A stretch of DNA of 7,613 nt. Origin: Octopus sinensis. Taxonomy: Eukaryota. Below are positions 1-7,613 of the stretch, in pieces. Positions within the stretch are counted from its first letter, which is position 1, and every line of letters starts with the position of its first letter. A program made the position numbers and the translations under genes. The notes under the pieces were generated by a model. It made no database searches, was not told the origin of the DNA, and was given only the letters and a program-made list of their open reading frames with translations. The stretch lies in assembly GCF_006345805.1 (NCBI RefSeq), contig NW_021826653.1:1-7613 (forward strand), in the 5' to 3' direction.

Positions 1-286
1 TTAGAAAATAACAAAAAAATAAAAAAAACAAATAAAAAACTTTAAAAATTTGTAAAATAGTATAAACAAAAAAAATCTCTGCGCCACGGCAACAACCTGT
101 CTAATTTTTTTAACAGCCAATTAAGATAATGCTTAAGAGCCTTTATAGTCCGGAGATTTAGCTTAGTGACCTTGATTAGACAAACCACTGGCGGAAATGG
201 GGCAGGCAGAGTAGCAGCAGCCAAAAAAAGCGACACACAAAAAAGATTTAATTAATTACCTTAAGCTGACCGTTTTTTCTTCAGCT

Positions 287-509
287 TCGTTTTTCCTCCT
301 TCGGTTATCTATTTAAAAATTATTTTTGAATAATAAAAAATATTAGGAAAAAAGAGGCATACAGAAAATAAATTCTATCTTTACGAAAAACTTCTTTTCT
401 AAGGTCGTCTTCCCTCCTTCGGTTATCTATTGAAAAAATTATTTTTGAATAATAAAAAGTTTAGGAAAAGAGGCATACCGAAAATAAATTCTATCTTTAC
501 GAAAAACTT
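287..509. repeat. Two-copy direct duplication, period ~117 bp
   Basis: 287-393 and 405-509 share 'cctccttcggttatctatt...ttatttttgaataataaaaa...gaggcatac.gaaaataaattctatctttacgaaaaactt' with a few substitutions and indels. Confidence 0.92.
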
Positions 510-605
510 AACTAAATAGTTAATATTTTTACGCAAATTCTTCTGATTGCGCTGTCAATTGGTGGTAAATTGTGTTAATGATTGTGCTAATGTAGTTTCA
601 ACTAT

Positions 606-624
606 AAAAAAAAAAAAAAAAAAA
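606..624 (+). repeat. Poly(A) tract (19 A)
   Basis: Seen directly; 'ctat' lies on both sides of the run. Confidence 0.95.
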
Positions 625-643
625 CTATCAAAGTGTTTTTCAA

Positions 644-707
644 AATCTGTTAATTGCACACTCTATTCAAGGTCGTGCAATCTGTAATTGCACATTCTAT
701 CAAAGTC
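644..707. repeat. Short imperfect direct repeat (~30 bp x2)
   Basis: aatctgttaattgcacactctattcaaggtc (644-674) vs aatctgtaattgcacattctatcaaagtc (679-707). Confidence 0.8.
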
Positions 708-777
708 AAATATGATAATAGCTTTAATTTTGATTCATGGTCGATAATGATATATGCATTTAATTTTAAAGAGAAAA

Positions 778-940
778 TCATAGGATGAATTGAATTTCTT
801 TATCGCGAATAATTGGGAGTTCATCATTGTTAATATTCTCGCTGTCGTTTTCATCAAGGATATTCTTAATACGTGAGATTTTTGCCTCGAAGGTTTTAAT
901 GGACCTCATCATGAATGTCGAGGACATTAACGTTGTTCAT
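778..940 (-). pseudogene. Possible frameshifted coding remnant of unknown protein, starting in the divergent outermost copy of the 94-bp array
   Basis: Removing one base near 900, which is an insertion relative to the other array units, gives MNNVNVLDIHDEVLKTFEAKISRIKNILDENDSENINNDELPIIRDKEIQFIL*. The ATG has an AAAATG context and 40 open codons follow the shift. No family recognised. Confidence 0.3.
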
Positions 941-1603
941 TTTAACCAAAATGCAGAAATTTTTTTTTAATTTTTTGGGGGGGAAGGTTTTAAGGACCTC
1001 ATCATGTAAGTCGAGGACATCGTAGTTGTTCATTTTAACTAAAATGCAGAAAATTTTTTTTTAATTTTTTGGGGGGGAAGGTTTTAAGGACCTCATCATG
1101 TAAGTCGAGGACGTCGTACTTGTTCATTTTAACCAAAATGCAGAAAATTTTTTTTTAATTTTTTTTGGGGGGAAGGTTTTAAGGACCTCATCATGTAAGT
1201 CGAGGACATCGTAGTTGTTCATTTTAACCAAAATGCAGAACATTTTTTTTTAATTTTTTTTGGGGGGAAGGTTTTAAGGACCTCATCATGTAAGTCGAGG
1301 ACATCGTAGTTGTTCATTTTAACCAAAATGCAGAAATTTTTTTTTAATTTTTTGGGGGGGAAGGTTTTAAGGACCTCATCTTGTAAGTCGAGGACATCGT
1401 ACTTGTTCATTTTAACCAAAATGCAGAAAATTTTTTTTTAATTTTTTTTGGGGGGAAGGTTTTAAGGACCTCATCATGTAAGTCGAGGACATCGTACTTG
1501 TTCATTTTAACCAAAATGCAGAAAATTTTTTTTTAATTTTTTTTGGGGGGAAGGTTTTAAGGACCTCATCATGTAAGTCGAGGACATCGTAGTTGTTCAT
1601 TTT
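889..1603. repeat. Tandem array of 93-95-bp units, 7 full copies plus a partial
   Basis: Unit 'gaaggttttaaggacctcatcatgtaagtcgaggacatcgtagttgttcattttaaccaaaatgcagaaa(a)T-run aa T-run G-run' starts at 889 (divergent), 983, 1077, 1172, 1267, 1360, 1455 and 1550. Length variation is mostly in homopolymers. Confidence 0.98.
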
Positions 1604-1666
1604 GCCAATTTGAAGTTGGTGTGCACACACAGACAGACACACACCATACCATTTTATTATTAAGAT
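1604..1666 (+). mobile_element. Possible terminus of a non-autonomous Helentron/HINE-like element (short hairpin, AC/AGAC microsatellite, AT-rich end)
   Basis: 'gccaatttgaagttggt' + 'gcacacacagacagacacacacc' + 'attttattattaagat' directly follows the tandem array. This resembles the core-repeat then microsatellite layout of HINE/DINE-1-type elements. No matching left end was found. Confidence 0.35.
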
Positions 1667-2132
1667 TGTATACAAATATAACTCTACACAACATGAAACT
1701 ACGAAATGGGCGCCCTTCAAAATTTTTATGGAGGATAAAAGAGATTCGGAGAGAACAGAAGATCAAATAAATGCATTGTTAATGTTCGACGGAACAAATG
1801 CAGAACTCAATGATGAGTCAAATTCGAATTATTTTGAAAATGACGATAAAAGAACTGAGAAACAAGTGCATGAAAACCTTGTTAAAGCTGGAGAGAAAAT
1901 GAAAAAACGTCGTAAGTGTAAATATGACGCAGAAGACATTGAAATTGGAGATACAGTACTGCTGAAACACGACAGGGATGATAACCCTGGTAACCGTAGA
2001 TACCCATTATATGACGAACTGGATATAAATAAGTACACAGTTTCAGAAAAATTTGAAACTACGTGTACTATTAATAAAGATAATGGAGAAACAGTATCAA
2101 ACGTGCATTTAAGTAGATTAAAAAAAATTTGA
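1656..2132 (+). mobile_element. 5'-truncated DDE integrase/transposase C-terminus (Ty3/gypsy- or Ginger-type)
   Basis: The frame of ORF 1728-2132 stays open upstream and reads IIKIVYKYNSTQHETTKWAPFKIF, matching the YNxxxHxxTxxxPF motif that ends retroviral-type integrase cores. It continues to EIGDTVLLK and NVHLSRLKK, typical of their C-terminal SH3-like region. The catalytic DDE part is absent. Confidence 0.8.
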
Positions 2133-2230
2133 TTAAAATTGTGATTTTTTTAAATGAATTAATTCTTATTTTTTATTGACTCCCATTAAAATAAATAAAA
2201 TTTCATTTATTTTTAAAATGTAAAGCACAA

Positions 2231-2314
2231 ATGTTTAAAACCGACACTGGCGTACCTCAGGGCGACTCGTTATCTCCGGTTCTATTCATAATCTACCTGG
2301 AGGCAGCCCTAAGA
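2231..2314 (+). mobile_element. Non-LTR retrotransposon (LINE-type) reverse-transcriptase fragment
   Basis: Translates MFKTDTGVPQGDSLSPVLFIIYLEAALR, the GVPQGxxLSPxLF motif. The downstream YADD motif is missing because the sequence switches to antisense ITPR. Not in the ORF track. Confidence 0.9.
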
Positions 2315-2664
2315 CCGCAATTTATAGTGAGGAACCACTACAAACCATGATTCGTCTTTTCCTTGACGACTCAAATAAACTGAAAGTGCATTCTTTTCTA
2401 CTGGTGCTTGAACACGCTGACTGCAAGATAGAAACTTGTTACTTTTAATGTGCAAAAACTTAATTTAATTTGCTTAAATTTTACTTGAATAATGGTTCCG
2501 TACTGTACTACTGTTCCTTGCAATTTTTCGTTTATGATTTCGTTGTGGTTAAATTCTGTTTGCACGGCGTCCTTAAAATCAACTAATAAAAGTCTAACGT
2601 GTAGTTTTTTAAGCAAAACTTCATTATTTTCTTCCAAGCCTTGAATTTGACACAAAAAATTCTT
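2312..2664 (-). pseudogene. ITPR: Inositol 1,4,5-trisphosphate receptor fragment (part of the N-terminal suppressor domain), 3 exon pieces
   Basis: Splicing GT-AG introns 2598-2572 (27 nt) and 2484-2459 (26 nt) gives KNFLCQIQGLEENNEVLLKKLH|DAVQTEFNHNEIINEKLQGTVVQYGTIIQ|FLHIKSNKFLSCSQRVQAPVEKNALSVYLSRQGKDESWFVVVPHYKLRS*. This is colinear with ITPR1 as I recall it ([85 protein letters not shown]). Truncated at both ends. Confidence 0.92.
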
Positions 2665-2667
2665 TAC

Positions 2668-3343
2668 GTCAAGCCATGAAATATCAGAAAGCAAAGGCAG
2701 GGCCTTTTGTTTGGCCTCAGAATTAAAACATTCTGAATTTTCAACGACACAATCAATCCACGAAATGTCGCAAGAATCAGGAGTTTGTATAAACTTTAAC
2801 GAATTTAAAAGCGAATCCTTCATTCTCACCTAATTTCTATTAAACTTCTAATAAAACCTGTAACATTGAAGAATCGCTTATGACGTCAATATTTTCAAAT
2901 ATTTTTGGAGAAAATGTCTTGCCAGAAACCAGCGAATTGGCAGAACAGTGACGAGTGAGAGAATTGGCACTCTCAGTACTAGAATGCACGAGAATCTAAG
3001 AAGACTAGCAATTCCATATTTACTAGATTTTTTGGCCTAATCTGCTGAAGGATCCTCCGAATAGAATCGCCATCAGACCTACCCTCAAAGTCGATAAAGA
3101 GTGATTTTGCCCGTACATCAACATGTCGGATTTCACTGGTATATTCCTCCACTGTGTTAAGCTCATAATAATTCTCAAACTCCTCAGATTTTATATTATC
3201 TAAAATAAATATTGCCAACAAAAACATTCTTCGTTAATTTTATCCTAATTTTAATAAAATATTTAAAACAACCTTTTTGTGAGGAATTTTCTTTTCATGA
3301 AACAAAGCACGACTAGAAAAAACAGTGAAAATGGGTAAAATAC
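2668..3343 (-). pseudogene. CPSF2: Cleavage and polyadenylation specificity factor subunit 2 (CPSF100) internal fragment, multi-exon
   Basis: Introns 3023-2996 and 2857-2830 (28 nt each) give [30 protein letters not shown]...FSPKIFENIDVISDSSMLQ|VRMKDSLLNSLKF...ISWIDCVV. This matches recalled CPSF2 motifs [29 protein letters not shown] and VRLKDSLVSSLQF...LAWIDGVL. Less certain upstream introns: 3225-3200 (26 nt), 3272-3245 (28 nt), 3343-3313 (31 nt). The N-terminal and extreme C-terminal parts are absent. Confidence 0.92.
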
Positions 3344-6300
3344 GAGGTCTCTAGATGTGTACATATGCGGGTTCTTGAGATTATGCAATAAATTACGTAA
3401 TATATTATGCAATTTTGGGAGGTCGCTAGATGTGAGCATATGTGGGTGCTTGAGATTATTTAATAAATTCCGTTATATATTATTCATTTTGGGAAGTCCC
3501 TAGATGTGAGCATATGGGGGTACTTGAGATTATGCAATAAATTACGTAATATATTATTTATTTTGGGAGCTCCCTAGATGTGAGCATATCTGGGTACTTG
3601 AGATTATGTAATAAATTACGTAATATATTATTTATTTTGGGAGGTCCCTAAATTTGAGCATATGGGGGTACGTGAGATTATGCAATAAATTACGTAATAT
3701 TTTATGCAATTTTGGGAGGTCCCTAGATGTGTACATATGAGGGTACTTGAGATTATGCAATAAATTACGTAATATTTTATGCAATTTTGGGAGCTCCCTA
3801 GATGTGAGCATATGCAGGTATTTGAGATTATGCAATAAATTGCGTAATATTTAATGCAATTTTGGGAGGTCCCTAGATGTGAGCATATGTGGGTACTTGA
3901 GATTATGTAATAAATTGCGTATTATATTATTCATTTTGGGAAGTCCCTAGATGTGAGCATATTGGGGTACTTGAGATTATGCAATAAATTACGTAATATA
4001 TTATTTATTTTGGGAGCTCCCTAGATGTGAGCATATGGGGTACTTGAGATTATGTAATAAATTGCGTAATATATTATTTATTTTGGGAGGTCCCTAGATG
4101 TGAGCATATGGGGGTACTTGAGATTATGCAATAAATTACGTAATATTTTATGCAATTTTGGGAGGTCCCTAGATGTGTACATATGGGGGTACTTGAGATT
4201 ATGCAATAAATTACGTAATATTTTATGCAATTTTGGAAGCTCCCTAGATGTGAGCATATGCAGGTACTTGAGATTATGCAATAAATTGCGTAATATATTA
4301 TGCAATTTTGGGAGGTCCCTAGATGTGAGCATATGTGGGTACTTGAGATTATGTAATAAATTCCGTAATATATTATTCATTTTGGGAAGTCCCTAGATGT
4401 GAGCATATGGGGTACTTGAGATTATGCAATAAATTACGTAATATATTATGCAATTTTGGGAGGTCCCTAGATGTGAGCATATGGGGGTACTTGAGATTAT
4501 GCAATAAATTACTTAATATTTCATGCAATTTTGGAAGCTCCCTAGATGTGAACATATGCAGGTACTTGAGATTATGCAATAAATTACGTAATATATTATG
4601 CAATTTTGGGAGGTCCCAAGATGTGAGCATATGTAGGTACTTGAGATTATGAAATAAATTACGTAATATTTTATGCAATTTTGGGAGCTCCCTAGATGTG
4701 AGCATATGTGGGTACTTGAGATTATGTAATAAATTGCGTAATATATTATTTATTTTGGGAGGTCCCTAAATTTAAGCATATTGGGGTACGTGAGATTATG
4801 CAATAAATTACGTAATATATTATTTATTTTGGGAGGTCCCTAGATGTGAGCATATGTGGGTACTTGAGATTATGTAATAAATTACGTAATATATTATGCA
4901 ATTTTGTGAGGTCCCTAGATGTGTACATATGCAGGTACTTGAGATTATGCAATAAATTACTTAATATTTCATGCAATTTTGGAAGCTCCCTAGATGTGTA
5001 CATATGCCGGTACTTGAGATTATGCAATAAATTACGTAATATATTATGCAATTTTGGGAGGTCCCAAGATGTGAGCATATGTAGGTACTTGAGATTATGT
5101 AATAAATTGCGTATTATATTATTAATTTTGGGAAGTCCCTAGATGTGAGCATATGGGGGTATTTGAGATTATGTAATAAATTGCGTAATATATTATGCAA
5201 TTTTGGGATGTCCCTAAATGTGAGCATATGGGGGTAGTTGAGATTATGCAATAAATTACGTAATATATTATGCAATTTTGGGAGGTCCCAAGATGTGTAC
5301 ATATGCGGGTACTTTAGATTATGTAATAAATTCCGTAATATTTAATGCAATTTTTGGAGTTCCCTAGATGTGAGCATATGTGGGTACTTGAGATTATGTA
5401 ATAAATTGCGCTATATATTATTTATTTTTGGAAGTCCCTCGATGTGAGCATATGGGGGTATTTGAGATTATGTAATAAATTCAGTAATATTTAATGCAAT
5501 TTTGGGAGTTCCCTAGATGTGAGCATATATGGGTACTTGAGATTATGTAATAAATTGCGCTATATATTATTTATTTTTGGAAGTCCCTCGATGTGAGCAT
5601 ATGGGTGTATTTGAGATTATGTAATAAATTCCGTAATATTTAATGCAATTTTGGGAGTTCACTAGATGTGAGCATATATGGGTACTTGACATTATGTAAT
5701 AAATTGCGCTATTTATTATTTATTTTTGGAAGTCCCTCGATGTGAGCATATGGGTATATTTGAGATTATGTAATAAATTCCGTAATATATTATGCAATTT
5801 TGGGAGGTCGCTAGATGTGAGCATATGTGGGTGCTTGAGATTATTTAATAAATTCCGTTATATATTATTCATTTTGGGAAGTCCCTAGATGTGAGCATAT
5901 GGGGGTACTTGAGATTATGCAATAAATTGCGTAATATATTATTTATTTTGGGAGGTCCCTAAATTTGAGCATATTGGGGTACGTTGAGATTATGCAATAA
6001 ATTACGTAATATTATTTATTTTGGGAGGTCCCTAGATGTGAGCATATGTGGGTACTTGAGATTATGTAATAAATTACGTAATATATTATTATTTTGGGAG
6101 GTCCCTAGATGTGAGCATATGTGGGTACTTGAGATTATGTAATAAATTACGTAATATATTAGCAATTTTGGGAGGTCCCTAGATGTGGACATATGCAGGG
6201 TACTTGAGATTATGCAATAAATTACTTAATATTCATGCATTTTGGAAGCTCCCTAGATGTGTACATATGCAGGTACTTGAGATTATGCAATAAATTACGT

Positions 6301-7613
6301 AATATATTATGCAATTTTGGGAGGTCCCAAGATGTGAGCATATGTAGGTACTTGAGATTATGTAATAAATTGCGTATTATATTATTAATTTTGGGAAGTC
6401 CCTAGATGTGAGCATATGGGGTACTTGAGATTATGTAATAAATTGCGTAATATATTATGCAATTTTGGGATGTCCCTAAATGTGAGCATATGGGGGTAGT
6501 TGAGATTATGCAATAAATTACGTAATATTTAATGCAATTTTGGGAGGTCCCTAGATGTGAGCATATGGGGGTACTTGAGATTATGTAATAAATTCCGTAA
6601 TATTTAATGCAATTTTGGGAGTTCCCTAGATGTGAGCATATGTGGGTACTTGAGATTATAATAAATTGCGCTATATATTATTTATTTTTGGAAGTCCCTC
6701 GATGTGAGCATATGGGGGTATTTGAGATTATGCAATAAATTACGTAATATTTAATGCAATTTTGGGAGGTCCCTAGATGTGAGCATATATGGGTACTTGA
6801 GATTATGTAATAAATTGCGCTATATATTATTTTTTTGGAAGTCCCTAGATGTGAGCATATGTGGTACTTGAGATTATGTAATAAATTCCGTAATATATTA
6901 TGCAATTTTGGGAGGCCCGAGATGTGAGCATATGTGGGTACTTGAGATTATTTCATAAATTCCGTAATATTTATTCATTTTGGGAAGTCCCTAGATGTGA
7001 GCATATGGGGTTGCTTGAGATTATGTAATAAATTCCGTTATATATTATTCATTTGGGAGTCCCTAGATGTGAGCATATGGGGTATTTGAGATTATGCAAT
7101 AAATTGCGTAATATATTATGCAATTTTGTGAGCTCCCTAGTGTTTGAGAAAATGGGGTTACTTGAGATTATAAAATAATTGCCTAATATTTTATGCAATT
7201 TTTCGGAGTTCCCTAGATGTGAGCATATGTGGGTACTTGAGATTATGCAATAAATTACGTAATATTTTATGCAATTTTGGGAGCTCCCTAGATGTGAGCA
7301 TATGCAGGTATTTGAGATTATGCAATAAATTGCGTAATATATTATCCAATTTTGGAAGCTCCCTAGGTGTGAGAAAATGGGGTTACTTGAGATTATAAAA
7401 TGAATTGCCTAATATTTTATGCAATTTTTCGGAGTTCCCTAGATGTGTATGGGGGTATTTGAGATTATATAATAAATTACGTAATATATTATGCAATTTT
7501 GGGAGGTCCCTAGATGTGAGCATGTGCGGGTATTTGAGATTATATAATAAATTACGTAATATATTATGCAATTTTGGGAGGTCCCTAGATGTGTACATAT
7601 GGGGGTACTTGAG
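3344..7613. repeat. Satellite DNA, 74/75-bp monomer, ~57 copies, runs off the window end
   Basis: Approximate consensus GGGAGGTCCCTAGATGTGAGCATATGGGGGTACTTGAGATTATGCAATAAATTACGTAATATATTATGCAATTTT (75 bp). 'ctagatgtg' recurs at 3351, 3426, 3500 and 3574. The 74-bp variants carry tattattta or tattattca in place of tattatgcaa. Copy number is estimated as length divided by period. Confidence 0.99.

Noticed and set aside
42-236. 64-aa minus-strand ORF
   Set aside because: Non-ATG start, no recognisable motif and a low-complexity end. It could be another fragment, but I cannot support that.
601-630. Poly(A) as a retroelement tail with a target-site duplication
   Set aside because: The repeated 'ctat' flanks only the A-run, and no SINE or LINE body is recognisable upstream.
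889-1603. CRISPR array or hammerhead-ribozyme repeat (minus strand has atgatgag-gtcc, similar to CUGAUGA)
   Set aside because: There are no unique spacers and no cas genes, and the context is eukaryotic. The core is AUGAUGA rather than CUGAUGA, with no stem II closing into GAAA.
1219-1766. Minus-strand ORFs 1219-1419, 1502-1720 and 1569-1766
   Set aside because: These are read-throughs of the 94-bp repeat, the microsatellite and antisense integrase. Their frames depend on homopolymer lengths.
1829-2038. 69-aa minus-strand ORF
   Set aside because: Antisense shadow of the integrase fragment.
2188-2213. 26-bp imperfect palindrome and AATAAA downstream of the integrase stop
   Set aside because: Almost entirely A/T, so expected by chance. 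Not distinguishable as a terminal repeat or Helitron hairpin.
2398-2829. 143-aa ORF as a single genuine protein
   Set aside because: It starts at a GTG just after a splice acceptor, fuses CPSF2 and ITPR sequence, reads through one intron and goes out of frame in the next.
3632-7598. Satellite ORFs as real CDSs
   Set aside because: They follow from a 75-bp period, occur on both strands, and end at recurrent 74-bp units.

Overview
AT-rich eukaryotic DNA, most likely from an animal with miniature introns. No intact gene is visible. From left to right the window holds: a ~117-bp duplication and a poly(A) tract; a ~94-bp tandem array (889-1603) ending in a microsatellite-bearing tail; a ~1.7-kb patchwork of four unrelated gene pieces; and a 74/75-bp satellite (~57 copies, 3344 to window end) with higher-order structure. 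The four pieces are the C-terminus of a Ty3/gypsy- or Ginger-type integrase (+), a 28-codon non-LTR reverse-transcriptase piece (+), an N-terminal piece of an IP3 receptor gene (-), and an internal piece of CPSF2/CPSF100 (-). The two host-gene pieces keep 26-31-nt GT-AG introns and are joined in frame, giving a stop-free spliced CPSF2-ITPR chimera of about 279 codons that the ORF track misses. Family assignments come from my recall of protein motifs, not database searches. An assembly or amplification chimera cannot be excluded from sequence alone.
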